Assembly (NCBI GenBank): GCA_002633005.1
Contig: NMRA01000419.1
Coordinates: 138,083 to 202,082, forward strand
Reading direction: 5' to 3'
Origin: Phoronis australis
Lineage: Eukaryota > Animalia > Phoronida
Length of the DNA stretch: 64,000 nucleotides
In this document: one piece after another, positions 1-13,800 of the stretch
Layout of the letters: every line of letters starts with the position of its first letter
How positions within the stretch are numbered: position 1 is the stretch's first letter
Notes under the pieces: model-generated
What the model was told of the DNA's origin: nothing
The model's input: the letters and a program-made list of their open reading frames with translations, nothing else
Databases searched by the model: none
Made by a program: the position numbers and the translations under genes

Positions 1-1040
1 CACATGGAAAACACCAAGATGTACCTTTCAAAAAGACGTACCTGTTTTTCAGCAAATTCGATAAAATTGTCGGTAGTTTGATTTTATTGAAATTAAGGCG
101 CACTGTCGATTATTTTATCCCTGTTTGCTGGCTGGTAACAGTGCAGGCACTGCTCCAGTCGCACTGACGGCGTTTTCTCGGCCTGGGTTCCTGAATGAAT
201 TGTACTTCCGGGTTCGCGGCAAGTTCAAAATGGCGGTGGTTCTTCGGGTGCGAATCGTGAGTGGCGCGTTCATTTAAACTTTTTTCGAGTAGGGATCGTC
301 TATTAGTTATGGGGTAGGTACTTCTTGGATCCTTATAACATCCTCTATCCATGTAATAAGGGTTAACAACGAGTGAGAGAAGGACTTTAAAAGTTATGCT
401 TGACTAATTTGTAACCATAGTATCAAGTCGTGGTTGACACCAAACGTGAATTGCACAATCGTCACGCCAACAATTGACCTATCGCAAGCTCCGCCCCTAT
501 GCGAAAAGTCACGTGATACCCGACATTCGAACGAGATGTCAGAGGCAAATACACTGTCGCTAAATGACGTTAGTGGTGGAATCGATGAGTGTTTTTGCAC
601 TAGTTGAATACGCGTCGACAGAGACAAGAGGCGATGCTTTTCAACAGTGAATCGTACGTTCATGATATGGGAATTTGTAAAGGTGACGATGAAAAAATAA
701 GTGCTCGAGGAGCCAGCGAAAATCCGAATAAAAATTCGAATAAAATCAGTGAAGATTTACCGATATTCTGTCGTCTGCTAAATTTCGCCAAATGAAAAGT
801 AGGTCACGAGTGGTGGCACTCCTGGAGTAAAGTAGGTCATAGAATACAGACAACACTTGCACTATAGTCTCTGACTAGGTCGACTCGATAGCACGGTTTA
901 CGCTTTTCTAATCTTGTAACGAAATATTGTGGTAAAAAAATTCATGTTCATAGCTCAGGTACACACTCATCTCGTCCTGACCAAACAGTTAGCTCCGGTA
1001 GGTCTAGGGCTGTGTCTAAGTAAAATTAATGTCTGGAATT

Positions 1041-1369
1041 CAGTGGCGGATCTAGGATACCACAGGGGGGCCAACATATGTTGCCTCGTGGAATTGGGCA
1101 AAGTGCAATTGATTGTGCACAGGCGGCCCGAAAGCTGCAGGGGTCATGGATGTAGACCGTTGGACCTTCTGTTCAGAAAATCTATCGGTGGATCAAAAAA
1201 ACAGGAACACGATTCCGCCGCGATCTCGGGTCTGAGCCCCCCTCTTCCGCTACCGGTCCTAGTTACTGAACTCAATATTTCGTCACGCTCTTGCTGTTTC
1301 ATTTTGCTTGCGGCAGCCAAGAGGGGGGCAGGGGCCCCAGCCCCCCCCTCCCCCCTAAATCCGTCTGTG
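1041..1369. mobile_element. MITE, CAGTGGCGGATCT-type TIR, 5-bp TSD GAATT
   Basis: Imperfect TIRs; GAATT at 1036-40 and 1370-74. Confidence 0.75.
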
Positions 1370-1526
1370 GAATTGTCCGTTTGCACCATTAGGACATTTA
1401 AATTAGGCCTACCTTCTTATGAACTTGGCATTTTTTGTAGTTTCATTCCATAAAGGTAGTTTCATTTAATTTTGAAGGTAGCATGATCACTTAGTCGTCG
1501 TATGGTTATAAAAGATTACACGTCTG

Positions 1527-1925
1527 GGCCCGGTCTCCAATCTTTTTACTCGAATTGGAACTCGAAATTAGGTTTGGCATTTTCTACTCTACTTTTGGGC
1601 GAACTCAAGATAATTGTCTATTATTCTATGCTCGAGTGCACAATAACTTACGTAGATAATTTATTGCCCTTAGTACACAGTTTGTAAACCCAATATTAAA
1701 GCAATAAGTTCTAGTTTGAACTCGAAATTTCGAGTTTTTACTCGAGTTTGTAGCACGAATATAAGGGTCTTCAAGGGCAAACTTGAACTAGAAACTCCTA
1801 TGCATAAACTATAATGTATTCGAGCACAGTCTGATAACCAATTATCGTAAGTTCGCACAAAGGGAGCAGAGAAATTGCCAAAATAGTTCGAGTTCGCTTC
1901 CAGTACAAAGATTAGAGACCCGGCC
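1527..1925. mobile_element. Harbinger/PHIS-type MITE (second copy 36787-37167)
   Basis: About 28-bp TIRs GGCCnGGTCTCyAATCTTTkTACTsGAA; internal similarity to 36787-37167, which is flanked by CTG/CAG. Confidence 0.7.
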
Positions 1926-3354
1926 ATGGTGTGGTAGTTGCAAAAATATGGTATTTACAAAAATAACTCAAACTCTTTTTTAAAGCTTCACAAATCTAAA
2001 TATCATGTTTGACCAACTTCAAAATGAGCTCTCTCTAACTCTACAGACATAGTGTATACTAGAGGTACCCGTCAAAAAGTAATTCAACAGTTCATTTTTA
2101 GTGACAACAGCTCGACCAAGGCTTTGAGTTTCGGAAGTGATCCAGTGCCCTTCCCTGTGCCGATCGAATCTCTGAATTTTGACCGGGAGAGAATTTCAGT
2201 TGAACGCCAGCTTACGGTTTATGAATAACAAAAATGTACCTCTGATACGAAACAAAATAATGTCCATTAGGTTGAAATAAATAAAAAACATAAAACAAAA
2301 ATGTCCTTGAAAACAACAATTTCCGGGGACTACCGCTAGAGTGCTGAGATCCAGCAGGTGCCCAGACAAAGGCGGCCTGACCTAGCCAACTCGGGAGTCA
2401 AAATCTGAGATAGCCCTACATCACAGCCACCAAGCTGAAAAGTGCGTATCTTGGAACTAATATATTTGTGTTTATAATAGCCTTCGAGTTATCAAGCAAC
2501 ATCGCTAAGTTCAGCTGCTCGTGTGGCTGTACAGTTTGATCCATAGTTTACGCTTTTCATTTTTTGGCTTGGGACATGCCAAAAAATGACGAAATATTAT
2601 TCTGGATCAGCATAACGGCTGTCGGTGCTACACACGTCATATCAACACCGTTTCCCCCATTCTTAGCGGACAATTTCTTGAGCTATAAACTAAAGTAAGT
2701 TTTACTCGACTGCGTGTGGTTTGTCGGGTAAAATGGCGGCTTGGAAACGCAGACGAAGGTGTGACAAGAGTGCTGTGTTCTGATTGGTCAGTTAAGCCGT
2801 CCGTCATAATCCTGGCGATAGGTCAATTGAAAGTGAAACAGGTTGTGCATTGTTTCAGTCCTTAGATAGGAATACATGTCACGAACCTTGGAAATACCTC
2901 GACTCACCTTCAATAAGGACCATACACAATTTTCATGTCCATTCCAAACAATTTTCATCACTAATTACAGCATTTTCCTCAAGCCCTCAAAACTTGCGTT
3001 CCCACATCAGTCAGAAGCAACTTTTTCTGAATAATCTGGCTTCAGTTTCTTTAAAATGAATAGTTTTACAGACAATTTTGTGCCTTTGCCACTCCAAAAG
3101 CTGATAATTATTGAAAGGACGACAAGTGTTGATGGGTGCTAATAAAGGTCATATGCAATATACCCGCTTTGACTCCCACTTAACTACTATTGTATTGAAC
3201 TTGCATAACCCACGACTTGTCTCTTGACATCTCTTGACTTACATGTAAGACTTAAGCCGAAAATTCGGTCTTACGCTACATATTTTTTCTAAAAACAATT
3301 GAAACTCATTTCAAAAAAGAATAAAGTATCTCCAGATCTGACTATTTTTTATTC

Positions 3355-3707
3355 ATATGTATATACGTGTATGTGTGTATGTAGCCGTGTATTCATGTGT
3401 ATGTGTGTATATATATATATATATGTATGTATTTATTTATGTATGTATTTATATATGTATGTATGTATGTATGTATTTATGTATGTGTGTGTATGTATGT
3501 ATGTATGTATGTATGTATTTATGTATGTGTGTGTATGTATGTATGTATGTGTGTATGTATGTGTGTTTGTATGTATTTATGTGTGTGTGTATGTATGTAT
3601 GTATATATGTATGTATGTATGTATGTATTTATGTATGTATGTGTGTGTATGTATGTATGTATGTATGTATGTATTTATGTATGTATGTGTGTGTATGTAT
3701 GTATGTA

Positions 3708-3749
<42 letters not shown>

Positions 3750-3782
3750 CATGAGTGTATATACATATATATGTGTGTGTGT
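3355..3782. repeat. Compound microsatellite (TATG)n/(TG)n/(TA)n
   Basis: Direct inspection. Confidence 0.95.
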
Positions 3783-4009
3783 TTTACTTTTATTAATTAT
3801 TTATTGTCTGTTTTTAATTATTTATATTTATATTTATATTTTAGTTAATCATCTTGTCTTATTTTCTTTATCTTCTGTTTATCATATTTTATTTTTTATT
3901 TTGTTTCATCGGTCTTTCCATGTTAATTTCTTATTCTTTATTGATTATTTAAATATTGTCTTTCATTTTGTAATTCTGTTAGTTTGTCTTATTGTCTGTA
4001 TGTTTTACT

Positions 4010-4099
4010 GAGGGCCCCCATGGAAAGCAGTGTGAACTGTTGGGGCTACCCTCACTGTAAATATTACATTAATAACAATAATAATAATAAAATAAAAAA
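4010..4099 (+). mobile_element. LINE/SINE 3' tail (stem-loop plus (AAT)n)
   Basis: GAGGGCCCCCA...TGGGGCTACCCTC hairpin followed by AAT repeats, downstream of an AT-rich 3'UTR-like tract. Confidence 0.45.
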
Positions 4100-4501
4100 G
4101 TATACCCATTAATGTTACTTTATGAAAAATTGCACAAATTATTTTTAGGCAGTGGTGTGCTCCAAATTACATCATACTAAACCTTTGTTTGACAAGTGTG
4201 AGCATACCTGCTAAGAACAAATTTCTGTCTTGAAAGTCACGTTTCATGAAACAAACCTCTGTACGTGACTCAAGTTTGCAGGTTTCAAAAGTACATTCGA
4301 GATTCGTGATTCCCCATTTTTCTCTCAGGCTTAAATAAAGTTTTGAAAACATCAAACAGGCTACAAATAAAATTGCATTGTTGCATATTTTGATCAATGA
4401 AATTGAGTCTACACTAATTAGCTATACGTCACCTTGAGCGGCAAGGTTAACGATCTAGCATGACTATAGCGCATGCACACGCACTAAGCGCTCACATTGA
4501 T

Positions 4502-4812
4502 CTACCAGGACATGGTTTCTGCCATGAACATCTTGGCCTGATTTTTTATGCTGTACGGAACATTGTCCATTGAGTTGGTAATTTTCTTGTCCGCGGTCAC
4601 TGACTGAACTAGTCCATCTTTGTACGCCCTCCATCGGGAATGGAGTAGGTAAAGCTCAAATGTTCGTTTTTCTGTTTGTATCTGATTTCGAGCTACATCT
4701 CGTAGTGTTTCCATCGTCCGTAGTCGGCCAAAGCGAGCGATGTCACTACGCACGAACTGCAAGCATTTCACCGCCGTCTTGCTCACTATATAGCACTTGG
4801 TTAGATCTTCAC
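4502..4812 (-). CDS. CNBD2-like terminal exon (GEDLTKCYIVSK...RWRAYKDGLV...TMSW*)
   Basis: tcttag acceptor; phase 1 joins CFCA|GED; TAG stop. Confidence 0.75.
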
Positions 4813-7800
4813 CTAAGAGCGTACAAATAAACCAAGCATGAAATGACAACTTGATAATCATACACCGTATCACACTTCATTAAATTACGGTGTCACATTA
4901 TATTGACACTCAGATGTAGTTAAATTAATCGCCCTATTCATCTGAATAAAATAGTCGAATTAGGCATTTTACTCTCTTAAAATCGATCTCTATATTCGTT
5001 ACCACAGCGACTTAGTAAAACACTTCAGAGTTCATCGCAGGCCCGTATGAAGGAAAAAATATTGGGGGGGCGCAAACAAATTTGACTTCCCCAACCTACC
5101 TCCTTGCTATCGTCACGCTCCCCCCCCCCCCGTTCTCTGGATGTCATCATATTTGTTCCGAGCCCCACCCCCCACGTCCGGCATAGGTGGGGGTAATACA
5201 GGGAATGTAGCCATCAGGATTTGAGTAACCGTGAACCAACAAACCAACAAAGATTCACGGGGAGTAGAAATGCGTCTAGGCCCCGAGCGCACTGACGGGT
5301 AGCTGGGAGCTACATGAAGTAATTATAGCTGGGTAGAAGGTCAAGGTTCCTTTTATTATGATCCATTTTCAGGAAAACTTCATTTTAGTATGGGGATTCT
5401 TTGAAGTAATTTTTGGCCGTTTCAGAATTCCTTGGTGGTCACTGGGGAAAATGATACAGAGTGTGTCCCAAAATTTACACACTTCAACGTCTGGGGTTCA
5501 AATCCTGTTCCCGTGGGTAACTGTTATTCTAAGCAGTCCTACTGCATGATTACTCTTCATTTTAACGTGGATGTGCCTGTCATGACGTCCTCCGTGCATG
5601 CGCGCACCTGGGGGGGCTCGGGGAGCTCGACGGCAAAGTGGGCAAAAGGTCCGCTTAAGAGAAACAAAATATCCGACAAAAACGAGACAAAAGTCCAATA
5701 AAAAGGCAGGATGCGGCGTATGCACAATTCATAGCCCTGATCGAACCCCGTATTCGTTTTTTTAGCAAAAGGTCCACATACTCAAAAATTCGAGCCCCCC
5801 CCCCTTAATTTTAGACTGGATGCGCTTATGAACTTTGTGTAGTATGCACGGGAAATGCAAGCCAACGATTCAGTTTTGCACAATATTACTGGAAACCAAA
5901 AACATCGAGGAAGTTCAAAGACAACCTTTCCAAGTTGATGACCAATAAATTTGATTTCAATAAGTACCTGAACTTCATTTTTGATCTACGGTTTGTAAAC
6001 TTAAACCCAGTAATCTAGTTCCTAAACCAATAAACAATTTATTGTCATTTGAATTGTGAGAACATTTTAGGACACATTTTTGAGCTGTCCGAAATTCATA
6101 AATTTCCTTGAGACTTATTTCAGATAGACAGAAATTGTTTACTGTACTTTTATATTTGGGGATCTGATGATAAGTCGAATTTTCCCAATGTCGGTCCGCA
6201 AATAAATGCATTGAAGTATTTGTCATTTCTTACAAGATTAGCTTCTAACTGTCAAAAAATCATCTCTCAATCAGTCCACTTTCGTAGATACATAAACATG
6301 TCAATCAGAAACCAACAATCAAATCCATGTGCAATGCGTTTACCTTGATTTAATGATTTAATTCCTTTTTAATCCCCTGTTAGTGGCTTTAAACATCAAA
6401 TCTTGCACCGAAGTCAAAAAGCAATGCATTTATTGTCATTTGAATTTTGAGTAAATTTTCTGGGAATTGTCCAAATTTCATCAATGTTTTTGAACCATGC
6501 GGCGTCAAATAAACATAACATCGGCTTTGTGACCGACTGTGTAAAACTGATGAATAGATGAAGGGTGCATTTTTACAAGCCAATTACTTACATGTGTATG
6601 TCGAAGCACAAATGCCATATACTTGGAGTATTTTTGTTTACACCTTTACAAATTATCAAAGAATACAACTGCAGTGTAATTTGAAAACAAAAACAAAACC
6701 GACCTCCGCAAGTGTTTACTTCCTATATAAAATACTCCTCCACTTGTGAAGACTCGGGTCATTCTATTAACGCGCATGTCATCAAAACGCTATCTGGTCG
6801 CTAGATGTCGCGAGAGTAAAAAAGGTAATTTTGTGACTGGGTCGCGTTTGCGGTAAGGACTACTATGAGGCCGATTTTAAGAGAGTGAATAATCTTAATC
6901 GATTTAAATTTTTTAGCCAGTTTAACAGAAAAACTACAGCTTTAACTAGCAAGGTTTGCATGCAACAAGAGATAGTCATGCACTGTATATCATGTTTTAA
7001 GTATCGGTTTATTTTGATACAGCCATGGACCCAATTCACGCGGCGGACATTAAAATCCAAAGCGAGGCTCACTGCAATAAACAAAGCGAAAGTTGACTTT
7101 GCCTGAGTTAAATGGCAGGTCGAGTCCAACCTAGATATTAAATCTTAAAAATGTGTCGACAATTAATCACAAAGACGTAGAAAAATACATTAGAGAACAA
7201 GTTAATGCACCAAAGAGTTGTCTGACGAAAGGGTATAATTTTTTTTTGGAAAACTATTTTCGAAATATGAAAAGTAGATACGATCAAATTTCGGCGATCG
7301 TTGTGTTACGGATTAGGTATTATGCTGAATGCAGGGTTACGTATCTTCTTGTAATTAAATTGTTGATAAAAATGCTTTCTACACGAACCAGGTCATCTGC
7401 CCGTATTGTTGACGAGTTGAACTGAGATATATTCGACAGAGGTGGCTCATCGCATTTTGCTGTCATGACGTGCAAGTAGTCACACCTGGTTTAATTTGTT
7501 GATCGAGAATTTTAACATCAAGCATAGCCTGATCCTGGAGAGGTAGAGACTATACCGGGACTAACAGTTGATTTGTCATTGATCTGATAAAATAATTGAT
7601 GTTATTAAATATATTTTAATTAAAATAAAAAACAGGCTCCTAACTGAAAATAAAAATTATTTGACCATCAATTATGTTTTCTTGGTTTCAATAATTCTTA
7701 CGTCTATTTCATGTATTAGGTTTCAAATATCAATCTGGACCAAGTTGAATTTTAAAATTAAATCACCTAATTCGTTCGTCCAAAGCATAACCTCGTTTTA

Positions 7801-10800
7801 GAACTCGATTCACTGAGTTAACTGGCCAGAGCAATCATAGTTATCATGTTTCCAGGAGCCTCGTTCATCCGAGGCCGGGGAACTGAGGTGCCTAAGCCTT
7901 CTGAGAGGAGATTTTTTCGCTGAGTGAGGGGAAAACTCTACCTCCTGATCACTATCAATAGCACCCCCGCCGATTGCAAGCTCTCATAGGCTCTGTCTCA
8001 ATTTAAAGTAGCATTTTACAGGTGATTTGAACTTTGGATCGAGGGGAATTTTCGGGACTCGTGGAGGAACTTCGCGTGACTTTCAATAGTTTTGAGATAG
8101 AAATAGGGCCGATATTCGGCCCCAAAATCGAGGGATTGAGGACCCTGTCCTTTTTGGAAAGAACAATGCATTATGTTTCAACCCGTAGTCATGAGCCTGG
8201 CTGGCCGAAGATTCTCCGGTCGTTACTATCGATGCTTGACAACCGAGATGCGACAAAATATGATCTAAACTTTTCGAAAACATTTATAAATTTTACACGG
8301 ACATGTTTTCCTTCGTCGCGGCGTATGTAAACGACCCAACGCTTTCGAATCTCAACGTCCTTAGGGATTGTAAATCAGACAGTTGAATGTCCGTATTTTT
8401 CTAGCCGTTCGAGCAACGCGGCTCTACACTACTATGCCGATAAACTAACAGAGCTATCGTAGCGAGCCTCGTTTTGGAACGCGCCTCCTGTCAGCGTGTA
8501 TTGGGTCCATGGTGTCTAGCTTACATATTATTTACTGTCTCCCTGCTACGCTTCATGGATGGAAGCATACCATATCGCATTACTGCTCGCCATGATAAGA
8601 AATATTATACTTGCAAAATTTCGAACAAGCATAAAGTAATCTACGTTCAATAATCATGTGCCCGCATCCTTAACCAGTCTGATATACTCCAGNGACCGTC
8701 CCCTCTCCTTTAAAAATCCTGGATCCGCCCCTGCTACGTTTGGTCTCGTGTCGTAGTAAACCTGAATAATGAAAATAGTCCATTTTCGCTCTAAAACTGC
8801 GTCGCAATTGCACACCGCGCCATCATTCAGTTGTACCTATACCATGCAAGTCTGACATATTTAACAGTTAAACCTGGGTCTGACCAAGTCTAAAGTTAAA
8901 CATGGTTTAAGATCTTAATACAGGTCTAAAGAATATAGACATCGTTGGTGAAATGAAAACTGACTTAGACCAGGTCTATACTGGAGTTAAACCAGGTTTT
9001 ACAAGACCACTGGTCTAAAAGTTAAACCACCTTTATGAAATGCAGATTATCATTAAACCTGGTCTAAGTCCAGTTTAAACCTGGTTTAACTTTAAACCAC
9101 CTTTATGAAATCGGCTGCAGGAGTCTGTGTACATGAAAATATTAGTCATGTCCAACCGCATTTAGATCTACGAATGTGGAAACCAGCAAAATTTGAAACT
9201 ACAGCAATTTTAAACACAAATAACGATCTATGTAAATAACAATTCACAATCTTTCATACATGTGAGTGGTTAAACCTTTCGATCGAATCTGGTACAAGGA
9301 ACAGGTGTTTCAGGTGTGGCGATCACTATGCACGCTAACAGGAGCTGCGGTAGTTTCAAGTGTTCATGATGTTACTTCTACTTCTTGGAAAATTTTGGAT
9401 CAAACATCTTGATTAATGAAAAAATTGGTAAGGTTACAATAAAGGAAAGAGACACGTGTAACAACGCCATGCCATATGGTGCTGGTTGATTACCAATAAA
9501 AGTCCCATTATGAAAACGTTATGTTAACATTAATCAAGTACATTAATGTTGTGTGAGAAGAAGTAACAAAAACGTGTAGTTTGTGTGACATTTCATCAAC
9601 CATTTATGCTTTTAGCACAAGTCTAATGGGAACTTCTGTTGCCTAGGGGATCCCGGTGCAAACCTTCGCCTGTGGACCAATCAAATAGCAATGACGGTCC
9701 TGGTTGTGGTGACTAGGAGCATTATAATGGCAATGATGATGATGATGATGACGATGAATATCGATGGTGAACAATAACAACACAGATTAAAGAACTTCAA
9801 AAAAACCAATAAAACTGCGACGAAGAATCTGCCAATAAGAGCGAAGTCGTCGGATATCTGCGAGATGTATCGAGAAGCGGATAACGCAATCAAAAAACTC
9901 TGTGCGAGGTCTATCTACATGACAATTGAAGGACCTCGACACAAAGTAAAAGGTAGAAAAATGCCATAGACAGCATCATTTCGACCAAGAACAACAGACT
10001 TCGGGTTATTAACGAGTTACAGGATTTGTTTAAATTTCATAGATGTTCATCGGACAAGTAATGCCACCTGTTGTTTGTGTACAAACAGACAAGATCACAA
10101 CACAGCTGCCTCTGACAAATAAAATCAAACGTAATTGATCATCATAAAAGAAACAATAAAACTAATGCAAATACCAATTAAAATAGCACTCAACATGGAA
10201 AGTTCAATTCTAACTTTAAATGAGGAGAACACTGAGGCACTTCATCTCCGGGCTCCGTGACTCAAACCGATGTCTTAGGGATTACCATGTAGCCAGTAGG
10301 TCACAGTGCGACAGATTACCATGTAGTCAGTAGGTCAGAGTGCGACAGGCTTAATCTATTATAGAACTAAATAAGTGTACATGTATAGTAAATCCAAAAT
10401 GAAGGTGGCACCGAAGGAAGGAAATTAAAAAAGCATTCGGTTAAAAAGTGGGATGTAACGGTCACAGATTCTGCGAGTGAGAAAGCCTTCACCTCCGCCA
10501 TCTGTATGTGATCTTGAAGAAAAACAATGTGCTTTGAGACATTGAGGAGTTCGACAATGTGTCTGAATTTCGTGTAAATCAAACAAGAAATGCAACCTGT
10601 AGCATGTGAATAAACAAAATTTTTCATAACTAAGACGGACAGTGTAAAATACTTAGCGAAGTAACAGTATTATGACATAGCAGCAGACATGGATTAATTT
10701 CAATTCACCAAGTAATAATGCAACATCTGCACTTATAGCCCCAGGATCTCAAAATGAACATGATGGAAGAAACGCTTTTGTTTACGCCTTAGTGATTTTC

Positions 10801-13800
10801 TAGTGGCCATGGCGTCTGCGACTACATGTATGTACCGCCACTAGTACCATTTAACTACGACTACATGTATGTACCGACACTAGTACCATTTAAATACGAC
10901 TACTTGTATATACCGGCACTAGTACCATTTAAATACGACTACGTGTATGTAACGACACTAGTGCCATTTAAATACGACTACATGTATGTACCGCCACTAG
11001 TACCATTTAAATACGACTACATGTATGTAACGACACTAGTGCCATTTAAATACGACTACATGTATGTACCGGCACTAATATCACTTAAATACGATTACAT
11101 GTCGGCACTAGCACCATTTAAATGCTTTACTCACAAATGTTCCCAGATTCCGACGATATATCAGAGAATAACCCAGTTTGCAACTGTTTGAAAGATGGCT
11201 TCGCTTTCCTTTAAACCATGCATTTTTAATAAATTTTAGGTTTTTCAGCAGATTCGTTTCAAGTCATAGGAATATCTTTGCTGTACTTTCGTTGTGTATT
11301 TTACACCAAATTTGCCTTATGGACAGCGATATTGTCCTCATTGTTTTGTTTTCAATTGACCTGGGAGACCATTCTAAATGGTTTGATCAAATACTACATG
11401 GTTTGATGAATTTCCTAAGAAATGCTTCACTAAATTAATAGTTGAGATAAAAGGTCATATATATTATGACAAACTAAACTACTACAGATATCAGTAATTA
11501 CAAAAGTTATATAACATGTTGAACTGTAAAGGTGGGTGACAATCTGCCTCCAATGAAGGTATACACAAGTGGTGAATAGTAAGTAAAGAAACAATATGCC
11601 GAAGCATAACAGCAACACCGGGACAGCGACATGTGAAATTTGAGGATAAGAGAGAAAGAAAATTGGTTTGAGGGAGGGAGGGAAAGAGAAATTGAGTGAA
11701 AAATGAAAGTTGGAGGAAATTGTTGTCGATGGCCCAGTGCTGCGACAAGACAAAGAGATCACGTGGTACAATTGAACCAATAATGATAAAACAAAGAGGG
11801 TCACTGACCTGAGAATCCAAACAATATGATAATGAGGGTGAGGCAGTATAGCTTACATAAAATAATTTAATACTTAAATAGTTTCTATTTAACATTTTCA
11901 CCCAATCTTGCAGATTTTGAGATATTATAGTTTCACTTTATGAAAATCACAAAAAGGTGAGAATTGAAGAAATTTAGTCAATCTTTATTTGAACGCACTT
12001 GTTAAATGGACCCATAGATGAGCCTTAAGAACACATTTTCGTGTTGTTTTTTTCCCGCGTTTCGTTCTTGTGTTATTTGACATCGTTTGCGACCGGTATT
12101 GGGGGTAGACACATAAAACCCAACATTTAAGACGAGCATCGGAGAAACAATTCCGTCGTCTTTCGTTGTAATCGGTCTAAAATATGCCAGATCTTGACAG
12201 CAGCTAAACAAGTACGCATGATTTGTTGTTCGTTTCGACCTATTCTTCACAAATTATTCGAGATTTTTAAGTAGATACCCACGTGGGGCAGTGAAAGTCT
12301 GGGAGTCCGCCTGAGAAGACTAATTGACCTCCGTATATGCTGGACGGAAAAGTGGATGTTGAAATATGAAAATTAAAATTCCAGGTTTTAAAAGCATAAG
12401 CAATGAAAAGAAATAAATGAATGTGAAGGTCTCTGATTCGAAAATCATCTACTCATAGTGCTAGGACTGCAATGTCAACTTCGACCACGCGCAATTGAGG
12501 TTGAGCCGCACATGCCTGAGCAATTAGTTTGCATTCACTTGTCCCAGTGCTGTTTCTTGCCATGGAATAAATGGCTTAGGGTGGAAGTTTTGTTAGGTAT
12601 AAACGAAGTAAGTTTAGAACTGTTATTACCAAAAACTTCTTCCGAACAAATTCCATCTCTATTTTTGTAATATTTTACTGTGTAATGGCCCAAACATTGT
12701 CAAAAGGAGAACAAATTGCTTGCAGAGCTCCGGAGAGCCGGCTGTACTTCTTCTTATAGTTTAATATGACGTCAATGGGAAAAGTGTCACTAAGTTTCGC
12801 CGTTTGTCAACCAATAACGAAATTAAGTTTCGTAAAAACCTTAAGTTATGAAAACGGAAGTTTGTTCCAAAGACTTGTTCCAAAAATACTTAAATTTCTG
12901 TCAAAAACTTAAGTTTTTCGGTGAAAACTCAAGTTCATTTTGTAAGGGTAGGAATCGCAAATATTCTCCCTTTGCTGGAACGTTTTGGAAATCCTTTTGT
13001 TGAACACTTTTAACTTTACATACATATCTTCTTGCACTAGTACGGCGGTTTGGTCGCTGCACATTGAGTACTACTTTATTTGCCATGTGCACAAGTTTCA
13101 TATTTTCTTTATGATGTCATTTAAATTTCGTTTGATTTGATTATTTATCAATGTCAGGGTTGTAGTGATCTCATTATCTGTATGAACACACGCTAGAGGT
13201 CGCATTTCTTGTCCGATAAACATAAAATATGCAAAGTGCGTGTGTATCCTCAATAGATATCCGACAATAGTTCATTAATCACAGGTGGGTATCTAAAAAT
13301 GTTTGGTACATTAATTTTTTGTTTGTTTTATGTCTAGGTAGCATCCCTGAAGCATTTAGTTTGGTTGTAATCCTGTCTGTCTTTAGTATTTTCTTAATAT
13401 TCAAATTAAGGTTTCCATTTTTTCAAAACTATATTGCTTTGGAGGTGATGCATCAAAAATGTGCATATATTACGCAAATTAAGGCAGCAATGATTTTGAA
13501 AATTTTGCTTCTTCTTATTGTTGCTGCTATCCGGCATCACGATTTAATTAAATTGATATTTGCACCAATGTATCTCGTTTCTTAAATGAAACCTGTGTTC
13601 AAGCTGTAGCATAAATTTGCATAATTCATACAATTAATGACCACCATTGTTTAAAATTATATTATTTATAATTCTGTTTCGGCTCATGACACTTTCCTAT
13701 CGGGCGCTAAGAATGGATTTTTTGTTGTTGTTTGTGGTCATTGAATTTAACGAAACCAATGTGGAGGTCATTATATCACAGATTTGCATAATTTATGTAA

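Noticed and set aside
929-1453. 174-aa ORF
   Set aside because: Runs through a GC-rich MITE; no recognisable domain.
3299-4011. Long MYVC-rich ORFs in three frames
   Set aside because: Translation of a stop-free (TATG)/(TG) microsatellite.
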